Assembly: GCA_030698625.1 (NCBI GenBank)
Contig: JAUYMS010000030.1
Location: forward strand, 148,016 to 212,015
Direction of reading: 5' to 3'
Length of the DNA: 64,000 nt
DNA from: Candidatus Omnitrophota bacterium
Lineage (GTDB): Bacteria > Omnitrophota > Omnitrophia > Omnitrophales > Aquincolibacteriaceae
The notes beneath the pieces were generated by a model. That model searched no databases, had not been told where the DNA came from, and worked only from the letters and a program-made list of their open reading frames with translations. Shown here one piece after another: positions 13,001 to 20,335 of this stretch. Each line of letters begins with the position of its first letter. Position 1 is the first letter of the stretch. The position numbers and the translations under genes were made by a program.

Positions 13001-16000
13001 GGCTGGCAGAAGGGCGTTTTCTACAAGGATTACGAAGACCTTTTAGATCAAGCCCGCAAGTTTGAAGCGAGCAATGATGAGGCCTTGAAGTCCCGCCTCG
13101 CAAAGTATGTGACCGGCAACATGGCGACTGAGATGGGTCTTACTGATGAAGCCCTTGCCGAATTGATTGAATCCATAGAAGTCGATCTCAAGAATCTTAC
13201 CGTCAGCGTTCGCTTCAAAGACGGCAAAATGGGCCGCGACCGCCTGATCGCCCCGATGAATAACGGCGATCTGCCGGAGACGGTCGTTTATCAATTGTTT
13301 CAAAACGGGCAGTCCTGGGGTTTTAAAGAAGCTGTTTGGGAGTGGCCGGTCACGTACCGGCGCACCTACTGGTGGACTTATGAGGATAGAAATGTCGCGA
13401 AGGTCCTGTATGAAAACGACACGGTCTCAAAAATCGAATGGCGAATACGATCGAAAGTGACATCCGCGGGGATGCCTTGCTTCGGTGAAGAATGCCCGGC
13501 TCCTGTGGTGAAAACCTACGATAATCTGTACCAGGTCGACTCCTATACTCACCACGACGCGCAGATCGAAATCACTCAAGAATATACCGGAACGAAGCAT
13601 CCCGACGCAGAGGTTGTGGCAATCGAATTCATAGGGAGCGAGAGATTTAAACCCGCTTACCGTAAGGATGTTCTAACGCTCCGGAAGCTCCGCGACGGGC
13701 AGTATCACATCGAGAGGGTCACGGAATACGACACGGAGGGCCAGGTTATTGCGACAACAACCTTCGAGTATGCCACCCTGGGTGCGGCTTCGACGTTGAG
13801 CCGCGTGATTCGCTGGGACGCTGCCGAACGTCTGCACACTTCTTCGGCCGTAATAACCGGAGGCAACACCGCGCGTATTACGGTCGGGGGTCAGCATTTC
13901 TATGTGACGGTCACCTTTGACAGCTATGAGACTTTGCTCAATCACATGAAAGCCCTGGAAGTGCACCCGAACGCGGTTCTCACGGAAGCCGTGAAGAAGG
14001 CCGCGTTGGTACAGCTCTCTGACAAAATGGCTCTATCAATGGCCCACCTCGAAGCCATGATCGAAGAGATCGAAGTTACCCAAGGCTACGAAGTCATCGT
14101 GAGGTTTAAAGAAGGGAATATGGGCGATGATCGCAAGTTTCGCATGCTCGAGGATGCAAGCCTTCCTGCCGCCGCAAGAGTCAGCTTCGGACAGGAAATC
14201 AGAATCGGCGACGATGGCGAAGTGCTTGGTCTCGCCGCCCACACCGTAAGGATGGAATGGGACCTGTTGAATGGCCACAATCTCAGAGGCTCCATGTCGA
14301 TCGATCCGCAGGGACGCATCACCCATATAGGTTGGAACCAGACGGCTCCGGTGACGGATTGGTGTAAGGGCCCCATTTGCCCTGCGTATATGCCGGGTCC
14401 GGTCACTGTTGCCTACTTTATCGAAACCTATCTCTATGGGGACGACGGTATCAAGATCGTTCGCCGGGATTTCGAAGTCGGACCCAACGGCGAAATTTCG
14501 AAGAGGATCGCGGCGGAGGATACCTATGACACCATCATCCTCGGCGATGTCACGTCGGTCATTGAATTGAAAAGGATGGGCGACAAGCGGTTTCACGTCT
14601 CGTCGGTCACCGATTACGACGGAAAAGGAAATCTTGTCGCTGTGACCCGTTTCTCCTACTTGACCGCAACGACGCTCATCGCCTGCATCCCCGGTGAAGA
14701 ATGCAATACGGTTTCTACGGTTTCTGTAGGCCTTGCTTTCCTGAGGCGCAAGAATGCGGCCGGGGAATTGTTGTCGGAAATCCGCTTTAATTTTACCGCG
14801 GGTTCAAAAGTCGCGACGATCAAGCGCGCCGACGGTGAAGAGCTAAGGGTTGACTACGACAGCTTTCGCGGGCTTCTCGATGCCGCGGCAGTATTTGAGA
14901 ATCAAGTGAACGAACAGATTGCCCTCGCCAAAGAGCTCGCCGAGGCGCTAAAGCGCGCCATGTCGGACAACGGCAATTGGGATGTCAATCAGGACGGCGT
15001 GGTGGACTATAATGATGTCAGCTATGTCTGGACCGGCTACGAAACGGTCCTTCGGGTGCTTGATCAGCTTCCTGAGCCTATCCTGACGGCGCTCGATTTC
15101 GATCAGGACGGCAAAGTGACCAAAAAAGACCATGCCGAAGTACGCCGCAGGATTCTGGAAAGCATCTGGAGAGAGCATGACATCCGTGAGGCCAAGGTGC
15201 TGCTCGAGCGGATGCTTCAGTTTGATTTCGGCATGATGCGTCAGACGGTGCTCGACCTCATGGCCGAAGGCAAGATCAAGTTTGAAGTCGATGTGAAGAA
15301 TATGCGGGCGAGTATCTGGATTGACCCGGGCGTCAGGCGCGACGGCATTCTCATTGACGGCGCGAACCTGACCAATTTGCTCGGCAGCCGGGCGCTGCCT
15401 CAGACAATCAACGTAAAACTCGGGCGCGATACCGAGCTAGTTGCTTTAATAGCTATTTGCGGAGTAGACGTATCCGGCGAGAAAATCTGTGGAGCCCCTG
15501 ATAGGGCGCCGGCAAAACTGCATCTTCGCTCAGCAGAATTCGAAGCGGCCGATAATCGTTTTGGCCGCAACAAGAACCTCTTCATTAAGCTTGATTATCG
15601 GAAGACCTACCGGGAAAAGGCCGATGACCGGTTCGTGCTGTTTTTGGACGGCGATAATCTACTGAAGGGTGTCGAGATCTACGAGGGGAACCCGAATATC
15701 GTCTGCATCACGACCCCTTGCCCGACCGGTAAGCTGATTCAGGGCATTTCCTATGCCTATGAAAATAATATCGCGGTCAGCGCCACGATCGACTACCTCC
15801 ACGCGGGCGTGAATCAGCCGACCCATCGTGAGGTAACATTCAAGGCGCTCGGCCAGTCGCAGGGCGGTTCCGACCACTGGGCGCGTCGCGGTAACTATAT
15901 TGATACCGTAGCCGATTATATTGACGGTCAGCTCATCGTGAAATCGAAGTTCGATTACTTGCAGACGGCGGTGTTGTGCCCGGCGTCCGTTGCGCCTGAC

Positions 16001-19000
16001 GGCGGTGGCGTGGGTCTTCCGCTCGGCCCCTGCACGGGCGGGGATGTCGCGTTAGCGTCCATTACCCGCACCGGCGAGAACGGTGAATTCCTGTCGGCGA
16101 TCGCCGGAATCAAGAGCGCCGAAGGATTCGGCTTTGACTGGGCGGCAACGGTTGAGATTCATGAAGGCAGAAGTGCCCAGCTCGGATTCAACGTTTACGA
16201 AGAGCTGTTTGATAAGGTGCGGCAGTTTGAAACTATCAACGAGCGTGAGATTGCCCGCCTCGTCGAGATCCTCAAAGAAGGCATTCTGAAGAATACATTC
16301 TCCATGCATGAACAGGACATCGAAAAGGCGATCAAAGACGGTCTGATAACCTTTGTAGTCGATCCGAAAACGAATACGGCGAAGATCCATCTTGACCCGA
16401 AAGTACGCACGAAGCAGTGGGCGGCCGCTCTGTTTGATCCCTTAAAGGCCATGCGCCATGACTGGGACGGCGAACTGCCGGCGGTTGTGGAAGTGAAGTT
16501 CGGCAATGGCCCGCTTATTCTGGCCGGCTGCGCCTGGGGTTTTATCTGTGACATTCCTCAGCCGAAGCATATCGTGGAAGCGACGTTTATCGTCGGCGCC
16601 AAGGATGAGAACGGTCTTTTCGTCGAGCATTTACCGACGGGTTATCTCGTGAAATACATGCCCGAAGTTGAAGATGGGGAAATACGTATCATCGGCGTAT
16701 CCGGGGACAACCGGCCGCACTCGGTTGAGGTCTATCAAGCGACGCCGTATAGGGAATGTGCCCAATTCAATCCGTTTGGCTGCGGCGCACTTTTGCAGAC
16801 GATCGCCTATACCTATGGGGAAGACGGAAGAACGGCGACAGCCCTGATTGAGACTCTCATGGAGGATGGCACGGTTAGCCGCCGTGATGAAGTTACTCTC
16901 ACCAGGCTTGGCGACGGCCTCTGGTATGTGGATACCGTCAATAATAGCAAGTTCGTCTATCTGATCAGTATGGTTGTCTATGACTGCATCGAGGGTGTCG
17001 AGTGCATTCCTCCGCCGCCGATGGTGCACCTGGCCTTCATTCAGGGCAAGGACCGCCACGGAAACGATCTCTACAGCATTAACGATATCAAAACTTCCGA
17101 TACTGCCGGCTATCGCTACGAAGCAACGGTTTATACACAGGGCGAAAGAATTAAGACCGTTGTTAAATATAATAATTATCAGGAACTATTTGATGCGGCG
17201 CTGGCTCTCACGCATGTGGTCTCAGTCCATGCCCTTGATTTTACCGAGCCCCTGGAAGTACGCCTCCTTGATGACGGCAGCTATGAATCGATCTATAAGG
17301 GAGCTACTTATCAGAGCGATGCCGACGGCAAGGTCGAAATTCCCGGCACCCTCGAGGACTTAATGTTCCATTTCAACGATGACGGAACTCTCGAGAGTAT
17401 GACCTTCACGAACGGCAATAACACCATGACGGTCACCTTTGAAGAAGACGGCGCCGGGAACCTTCGCGTCAAGACCGAAACCGCCGAAGGCGGCTTCGGC
17501 TGGACCAAGACTTTTGACTACGCTGAAAAGTCTGTGACATGGGAATTTAGTTTTGGGATTCAAAAGGAACTTTTCTATGACTTGCCACAGGCGAATTTAA
17601 GGAATAACGGCAGCGGCCTGAGCTATGAGGGAAATGTATTCGTCGAGCTCATGTCAGGGATGGCGCCGTCAGTAGGGCGGCCCTACTTTTGGCACAAGAC
17701 TCTGGATGGCAAATACTACCGCTTTATCCAGATCGGCGATGCCTTTGACCTGAATGACGTGGATTGGCTCCAGGTCCAAGAAAGAAACACCGATGCCCTG
17801 CGCGCGCTGTTGCGCGACGACATTATGCTCCTGGGTCACGATCAGCTCGAGACCGCAGAAGAAGACGACCTGGTCTTTACGGCCGACCTCAGATTAGGGG
17901 TCAACGGTTTTCCGGTTAAGGTGAAATTTCCCGACGGCACCGAAAAGACCATGCAGGCCGAAGTATCAGCCGACCGCAAGATAGTCTTGACGGTCGCGAT
18001 GCCTGATGGCACGAAGCGCACCTATGTAAGCGAAATTACAGCTGAAGGCAAAATCCTTCCGCTGCGATTGAAGCCCTCCTTTGAAGTTGTCCACGAGATG
18101 GAGTTTGGTGCAGGGCGTGTGATTTTGGAAGAGGGAACGGACAGTGCCGGTAATGCGCAGTTGGAAGCGCTGGTGCAGGCGCGGGACGGAGACGGTTGGA
18201 AGACCTTAAAGAAGTTTCGGATCAAAAAGGACACTGTCAAAAGAGGACACTCGCAAGTGACGCGGCAGCCATGCAGCGACTCTAAGCCATGTGACACCGG
18301 CGGCCATCCGACGCTTTCCATGGAAACCCTCGACGGCGAGCAACTCCTTTTTATCGACAATTCTGTCAGCGGACCCGGCTATACGATCGCTCATGACGGC
18401 ACGCCAGATCAACCCGTTTCAGTTACAGAAAGCTATGCCCTGCGTCGCAGTCTCCGGGAAGGTGGGGAGGGCGAGTGGCAGATCATTCCGACCTACAAAT
18501 ATAGAACATGGGCTCTGGTGCAAACCGAAGTGACCACCTATGACGACTACGGTCAACGCTCGAGTGTTGCGACAGAGAGACGCGGACCACACGGGACCGT
18601 GATCGTAGTGACCGAGGAATTCTACCCCATACCGCCGTGGAGTGACATGGCACAGCGGCCTACAACATACTTCCTGGAAATATACGGTACGGCCGGCGTG
18701 ATCTTGGGAAAAACGGAAATCGGCCAGGAGTTTAGGAGCGAAGCAGATGCCGGGCTCCTGACCGAAGTCCTGGGGATTGACCCCGAAGGACAAGCCGTCC
18801 GAGTTGAGATCAAAGACGATGAGGTTATTCTATTTATCACCAACAGCAAGGGCCAGCCAGTGCTGATCAACCGCACGGGCTTTGGCGTCTTTACGATGAA
18901 CTATGGAACCGATATGGCTGAAGTGCGCATCAAGCACGAGGACGGCACGATTGAGATTCGCCGTTACAAGTGCGTGCCGGGCTGGAATCCGGGCCGCGAA

Positions 19001-20209
19001 CCGATCTGGGTTCCGATCGAGATCGAACCGATTGAACTGCCCGATCTGCCGACCCCTGATCCCCGCAAGCCGGTGCCCGGGTTCGAAGAATGGGTCTTAG
19101 GTCTTCACGTTGAAACGGAATTTATCTACCCCGACGGCACGAGCGAGATCGTCACGGTTGTGCAACCTAAGGTTGAGCCTGTAGTCGTCGAAGGCGCTGA
19201 TTTCGAAGCGGCAGCGTTGACGACGATGAAGGGTTTTGACGGCATCGACACGAGCGGTCTTAATACGCGCGGCGAGGGTCACGGCCCCGGTTTCATTACG
19301 ATGCGTAAAGGTCATGAACAGGGCGCTTATGGTTTCAATTACTTTGTCGGCACATCAAAAGGGGCCCAGGTCAAGGCGCAGGCGATGACGAGCGGTGAGC
19401 CTATGACGCTCGGCTCCCAGACGGTCATCGCGATGAAGGGGAACCGCCGCGACCGCGGTGCGATCAATGCAAGAGTCCGGCTTTATGATGCCTCCGGCAA
19501 CGAGGTAGTCTTCCTTTTTAAGCTTAGGGAGATCATGCAAAACTTCATCATGAATCTGAATCAGTCAAACTTCGATGCCTCACGGGTCATCGGGATGAGT
19601 ATTGAAATCGATCAGGAAACGACCAACCTCACAAAGGGCAGCGTGGACTTTTACCTCGGGCAGGTTGATACCGAGGTCCCGCTTGAAGTCGGTAAGAGTA
19701 CCGCCTCCGACAGCGTGAACCGTCTTATTGCTCAGCACCAGGCCCGCGTCCTCGCCGGCAGTAAGTACATGACACTGTTCGAGCCTGAGGAACGCGAGGG
19801 CGTGAAGGGTTATGCGGCACGCTATGATATTCGCCACGGTCGTAATGATGAGGCCGCTCTGGTTGTCGCCGCTGAAGAAGACGAGCCGATAATGTTCGGC
19901 GGCGATACGCTGGATTTCTGGATGCAGGCCGCAGAGACTGAGAAAGACACCGTGGCCTTCGAAAACCTGAAACTCGAGCTCACGATCATGGCCGACGACG
20001 GACAGATGGTGACCACTGAAATTTATGTGACCAAGCAGGCACAACTCTATCAGATCGACCTCTCCAAACTGGACCCCAACTTTAAGGCCAAGAAGATTAA
20101 AGACATCGTCATCAAGGCCAGCCGTAAGGCCGAAAACGCCGTACAGCGCGCGCAATTCAGCTTTTGGCTCAAGGCCCTGGCCGACAAACTGCACGTCCCT
20201 ACCGCCTAA
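1019..20209 (+). CDS. Giant secreted modular protein (6396 aa) with repeats, paired EF-hand/dockerin-like motifs, Cys-pair loops and C-terminal carbohydrate-binding-like domains
   Basis: 19.2-kb open frame with ggag SD and signal peptide MLPETANKFIASLIIVTMTLTQAVPYGFA. Motifs DMNQDGVVDQAD/DLNFDGVVDAKD and DVNQDGVVDYND/DFDQDGKVTKKD. Function unknown. Confidence 0.9.
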   Translation: MLPETANKFIASLIIVTMTLTQAVPYGFASDLTLSKTGEYIQETDATAPGTQVESEDLPREYEEFFDDSFSPLSASESEENVETVEVTEEVKEELEKQDLDKIEPVVLELPSGPIDWDLAEDHKLLKEARERYGDRVVSGTGHYPDRNALDYPTTYKFYDKDGNLIATYVGGGLGGADVWTEEPKPLDEALKEYYEKLSAFDDFASGIALKGITLDEIKKLRNIQDRLKEVLEAIIALGEAPGENLLKGFQDRVVMLDDILSSRPLLIKMGDKTLEVNISEAMRAIHEQYRRLGLVTTDDFYRLPGIDAADLAGHETFAQYLDSRQVGITTVISVFKGLSSYGNLTLIHGLFVKYIEQYGNIMMGDDRDADGYPEVNYTVFARLVNGTEIARREALATVHRMIAERGIKVPSGGTESFEELLELVKSIDKLDEDLKKVLGDYIDSLDLEEVFKRDVQNEINNVIRNTYDNFIRNFRDMFKDHNTPPGGLLREHDIRFPSGNTLSLDDIVDFISKSENLHQVMLAANADFKEGLGDSNTGLTNTIRRLLDSKISTIMHDLMSHVTNTINARQTFIDDIVTDHEWSHPLHIEGALTFEDFSNYTVELLSLQQSMKDRLAASEERVNAASSQFLNTVRNALTYKISGFMTRTKNEIKMTIRTRDTELNTIIAEHNINFSSAQPVTFEWLLNRVNGVDDLGRELSEKLQAFKGKMGEITNDDGLVNLILTEMRYQVDGATIWENNSRIVFPGLYKTIREGLERVITNVNVEFDIEGLGKVVITAGDLNALTNGLPSDIASLMRFPGIMEKLTEEQLHELEKRDREVLRRNCCFDGRNAQADAGNLSIFGRRIQLTGLFLQAAGAEVVNADGYVDRDAYRRALLMNDRLEALYNAAQLVIEGSVMRVDELVRDISKGISLETYERLYQLIKDTNGAVTDIIKLALDGVIHSARSMVLDMLQDDFNVLLRKIDGILAEAPIQIRIGDKVYVVDSRKVRDAMHQLLNMLTVRNDNNYSKEQYARLTGVTQELLQTLQTDYELNASRQIRIDWREPTYSRDMNQTISLNEFLYRMIPVILKSFGEVILGEDGEVSYVNIEDQLLEGANAPVEKGQDLQTVFGDLVAKRFKDAKEKLHSFDFSKWEDRIAAEKLIYGLVYGLEKEIAYLLQVLNASEIGVLNAELNKYNYYSWNRRGERFNDTVFGRPSFYALWEYFVYRMLVAPRTALLPDGRVLKIDVQSIRSIPGFPYQRSFDEELFPGIVDGDFDGAEKLQYLHSGPFQLMKDADRSLEDFLQAQTERDKFIINLVLRHYAHLDEIPEIYKGRLFVANEDGTVSLNTEIFRRLIKGIDLLHQQILKQVKEWTAEALESLQALKKVPMTVASIKELYAAVMAHRTKIMEYLNGLTRKHEKEDVMEMEEDVTAIYKAMVDEMIHYMRDNDLVTQAGGREVVIPYGQLTQLLMKALEEKFPGEDISAHHFASFYGISIEDLRPANKLEEFLGMQIIALPRNSQYVEIISKLSEIGVMEVLEKAMAAYGEMALRSDGTLDPEKLVELLLDGNLAVKRANERADEIARKVREGLAAIEKPLTNQSFAEMATLIDNMKIEFINVMNDMVSGFEREMFDAVQSHVSSLYQETIKLRIDMLTQNPIQITGHDGSQFTLDLRGIESEVVGRIMALLLQLPEEKKIFDLISSPIYRSETEPRVFTSKVSFANTTMMVEPAMALEEKAVIDTGYLIRLPIYRPWQPWYPLPGNVDPKDTLTQFGFYQLLVRLAEKFGSFATDENGDFSLGNFLAELEKTDLDRFNRRIKMLEDEVTAELASRVPEDANDPVSLGAVIGMQDYLDKSRERFLKALGTMLNDDQNKSNAISSANAAWTRVMNKYEALILERKVTMQIHGRTVTFDGKVLHEILVEEYNQHPDFIDSYKEGGETNSAYSNYRTLYRDYDNKRYYDNDSNSFRDDAEDLEKKNLRYPFDLGELKRIPAISHKDLVGLDVNSKNQVKLSFLADAKELLKGRLNMRVFAPGAAIQTVGVATSSMKSSSVMAMAEMSVRYEDVSYDKVLLGNYIEIDERRVKYVPRRYLDVSKRDAIFRMLPAMIMDHWRSLVVNGVVDADKFRELLRDPEGMKQREKQLVLDSLKSQIEAFRKALVSGDPDMPAIGLTGIVERDGNGYSLVVYEPRLYKYLLEHTDADTGRLKADAVTDELLALTSLTKDQLIERPINEWRVKLPHVSYRLPQDKIYPIYYEEDVMLSSLKAESDSSILRFPSPRWYDLVGKTINIMKANVSFQVNDKGVVEGVIHEAVGVTPLKHAEQAKELLLNSSQARLAKQLRDAYIEQFVTGDNPDLPKGLKAAIAAYLKVGIEDIVSIAAEARDFIRCLGGNCPTWSKTLSVWAVVDGVKKHFAGVATGGWWGFILEPIREPVYRTLDDAVDEMIADERRVDFMPERAPSVFLIETDPLIDGRALEAIADAAKVAVEQITAVDFKRHENRIVCKGPGCDVWSGDLRVTVKQGDNPEKHFEGEIVKIFEPSKLNGYRQYRVTLEEYVPVHEHLSRIDLSAWWGDIHYIDNKQAVIYGQYGRNDENKNGHFAAIVDPRTGEILRYLKDRAGWLTGAVSENKRYAAFFENDNFNINVLIYDLHTGTSTSYRIENYYTWGAGTKKDGYLDFLVSDSGKIHVLHRGQMPDRNTYGPHEVRVYGSDGKIESRVAFEGDANDAYLKLVMRGNWIYAIGNRKANASSSHPGDLILIQRIKVKGNDLEMGEASRVNAGIEAWELDIAEGSRWITVYDFNKPRFTFVYFGKDPSEDKLADIPPVNTAGGSQQARNYSAYDPKGILLVFTRFYYMNEKERDRLSVYDTKTGTSKSYDFRTIMQYLGIGGPDDGFVKNFGFSLNLKTRRFVFSAGVSAPDFYRHRAGENYLYEGSLDDLYALLEIFDEGRRYLELPDGSKQWFNEDGRLIKKIDKDGNVFEVDWKTRTATMTSVYDGSVTTWKNVIADKGYEDDGRYSIGVWYFKNKKDYPDHYFKFGGEFVSRVTTAKNAAYFFDGRSWNGDLGNVIKIQDADGTLELNWNEKTATRTDNDGNVTKFTDISVMQTQGSECASGSGDQLTFCPTWIADYMIQPGYQGIGSYSTRVEKDGITKTGTFQLIGRKMDSAYPKTIVVNGKTVIVDMEALVEALKAAKNKARFDSGVLCFEGCGDAQDLFLLQGVKDVFAIEELNRFEHNPRPRFLIVGPTYSRQGWIDFATELLRRYDEKGLDIFNAINRLMITDVWPPRPFHSQVNNDKVMDIVLRGIEQADPRVARMRKVILSDLAKSYGLKKVEQWYAEGLVRIKVDMKSMTAHVAFDKTLQEQRISGPLVDPLGEFIVPAAMEFNFKEVPDSRINWFTVADPVPAVLELGGIALDVKKVTGTALMAEKSLTIQPAMRLMLTGAAIVYQKSALQLNSFRQEFKVGRIEVSYDTNTWNNNLPSLVNMYDESGNRVKVINMNGFQGSYECAFGEECAFAQVDIWPPSASTPRPLIYYPGNDDITHRFVQFRHGDFDKGIESTLEYQGKDSVTLAVINTFQYRDDGSLETITRTGPDGELSKIELDTTTGDVAARPAPGSRVALITRADGRQRNIFFKNWEELIDRTRQFESEMEDPRAAQVRKLVIAGLDSYGMTREEIEQWLEAGLLKIEVDLKKNQARAVFSEKLQGRRFENAKVHPLGAFIVPAAIQFTFKEEEPFFLSIAPVVSRDGEKEAVDVEYPLDPGLIKPLLPFRKQLILASADIQYEAGGVYGRMSVDYSDTGRLASVKIYSAGELVKEVKYQWFEPCNRWGMCLESIWNDSATVYYPQSTDITRRRVDWNSGGLMTLMIPSGAITGVQEFGLDESGKEVRLFTNEYKYGGNNVLYEEDVDYEPIGSVEDYELTKVVTPYLSKIVRRDAKNNVISTIDMRPFLEKPEFDMNQDGVVDQADAQFMRLALEMAEGKATGDLNFDGVVDAKDLRLFYIGRYAVIRLADGWQKGVFYKDYEDLLDQARKFEASNDEALKSRLAKYVTGNMATEMGLTDEALAELIESIEVDLKNLTVSVRFKDGKMGRDRLIAPMNNGDLPETVVYQLFQNGQSWGFKEAVWEWPVTYRRTYWWTYEDRNVAKVLYENDTVSKIEWRIRSKVTSAGMPCFGEECPAPVVKTYDNLYQVDSYTHHDAQIEITQEYTGTKHPDAEVVAIEFIGSERFKPAYRKDVLTLRKLRDGQYHIERVTEYDTEGQVIATTTFEYATLGAASTLSRVIRWDAAERLHTSSAVITGGNTARITVGGQHFYVTVTFDSYETLLNHMKALEVHPNAVLTEAVKKAALVQLSDKMALSMAHLEAMIEEIEVTQGYEVIVRFKEGNMGDDRKFRMLEDASLPAAARVSFGQEIRIGDDGEVLGLAAHTVRMEWDLLNGHNLRGSMSIDPQGRITHIGWNQTAPVTDWCKGPICPAYMPGPVTVAYFIETYLYGDDGIKIVRRDFEVGPNGEISKRIAAEDTYDTIILGDVTSVIELKRMGDKRFHVSSVTDYDGKGNLVAVTRFSYLTATTLIACIPGEECNTVSTVSVGLAFLRRKNAAGELLSEIRFNFTAGSKVATIKRADGEELRVDYDSFRGLLDAAAVFENQVNEQIALAKELAEALKRAMSDNGNWDVNQDGVVDYNDVSYVWTGYETVLRVLDQLPEPILTALDFDQDGKVTKKDHAEVRRRILESIWREHDIREAKVLLERMLQFDFGMMRQTVLDLMAEGKIKFEVDVKNMRASIWIDPGVRRDGILIDGANLTNLLGSRALPQTINVKLGRDTELVALIAICGVDVSGEKICGAPDRAPAKLHLRSAEFEAADNRFGRNKNLFIKLDYRKTYREKADDRFVLFLDGDNLLKGVEIYEGNPNIVCITTPCPTGKLIQGISYAYENNIAVSATIDYLHAGVNQPTHREVTFKALGQSQGGSDHWARRGNYIDTVADYIDGQLIVKSKFDYLQTAVLCPASVAPDGGGVGLPLGPCTGGDVALASITRTGENGEFLSAIAGIKSAEGFGFDWAATVEIHEGRSAQLGFNVYEELFDKVRQFETINEREIARLVEILKEGILKNTFSMHEQDIEKAIKDGLITFVVDPKTNTAKIHLDPKVRTKQWAAALFDPLKAMRHDWDGELPAVVEVKFGNGPLILAGCAWGFICDIPQPKHIVEATFIVGAKDENGLFVEHLPTGYLVKYMPEVEDGEIRIIGVSGDNRPHSVEVYQATPYRECAQFNPFGCGALLQTIAYTYGEDGRTATALIETLMEDGTVSRRDEVTLTRLGDGLWYVDTVNNSKFVYLISMVVYDCIEGVECIPPPPMVHLAFIQGKDRHGNDLYSINDIKTSDTAGYRYEATVYTQGERIKTVVKYNNYQELFDAALALTHVVSVHALDFTEPLEVRLLDDGSYESIYKGATYQSDADGKVEIPGTLEDLMFHFNDDGTLESMTFTNGNNTMTVTFEEDGAGNLRVKTETAEGGFGWTKTFDYAEKSVTWEFSFGIQKELFYDLPQANLRNNGSGLSYEGNVFVELMSGMAPSVGRPYFWHKTLDGKYYRFIQIGDAFDLNDVDWLQVQERNTDALRALLRDDIMLLGHDQLETAEEDDLVFTADLRLGVNGFPVKVKFPDGTEKTMQAEVSADRKIVLTVAMPDGTKRTYVSEITAEGKILPLRLKPSFEVVHEMEFGAGRVILEEGTDSAGNAQLEALVQARDGDGWKTLKKFRIKKDTVKRGHSQVTRQPCSDSKPCDTGGHPTLSMETLDGEQLLFIDNSVSGPGYTIAHDGTPDQPVSVTESYALRRSLREGGEGEWQIIPTYKYRTWALVQTEVTTYDDYGQRSSVATERRGPHGTVIVVTEEFYPIPPWSDMAQRPTTYFLEIYGTAGVILGKTEIGQEFRSEADAGLLTEVLGIDPEGQAVRVEIKDDEVILFITNSKGQPVLINRTGFGVFTMNYGTDMAEVRIKHEDGTIEIRRYKCVPGWNPGREPIWVPIEIEPIELPDLPTPDPRKPVPGFEEWVLGLHVETEFIYPDGTSEIVTVVQPKVEPVVVEGADFEAAALTTMKGFDGIDTSGLNTRGEGHGPGFITMRKGHEQGAYGFNYFVGTSKGAQVKAQAMTSGEPMTLGSQTVIAMKGNRRDRGAINARVRLYDASGNEVVFLFKLREIMQNFIMNLNQSNFDASRVIGMSIEIDQETTNLTKGSVDFYLGQVDTEVPLEVGKSTASDSVNRLIAQHQARVLAGSKYMTLFEPEEREGVKGYAARYDIRHGRNDEAALVVAAEEDEPIMFGGDTLDFWMQAAETEKDTVAFENLKLELTIMADDGQMVTTEIYVTKQAQLYQIDLSKLDPNFKAKKIKDIVIKASRKAENAVQRAQFSFWLKALADKLHVPTA
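10880..17210 (+). repeat. Six tandem ~300-390-aa protein modules inside the giant protein (boundaries approximate)
   Basis: Most modules start with a helix plus I(K/E)VDxK. They end in FKNWEELIDRTRQFE, YKDYEDLLDQARKFE, FDSYETLLNHMKALE, YDSFRGLLDAAAVFE, FNVYEELFDKVRQFE and YNNYQELFDAALAL. Confidence 0.75.
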
Positions 20210-20255
20210 AAAACGTCTCAAACTTAGCCCAATTCCCCAATCTTACTAAATCCGT

Positions 20256-20284
20256 TTGAAAAGATGGTAATCAGCACGTATACT
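20256..20284 (+). promoter_or_regulatory. Sigma70-type promoter
   Basis: TTGAAA-17bp-TATACT upstream of the 20336 gene. Confidence 0.6.
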
Positions 20285-20335
20285 TGATAAAGAAGACAAG
20301 ATATTAATCAATAACTAGCATTAGAGCGCACGCAA

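Noticed and set aside
1019-20209. Diversity-generating retroelement acting on the variable loops
   Set aside because: No reverse transcriptase is present and I saw no template/variable repeat pair differing at adenines.
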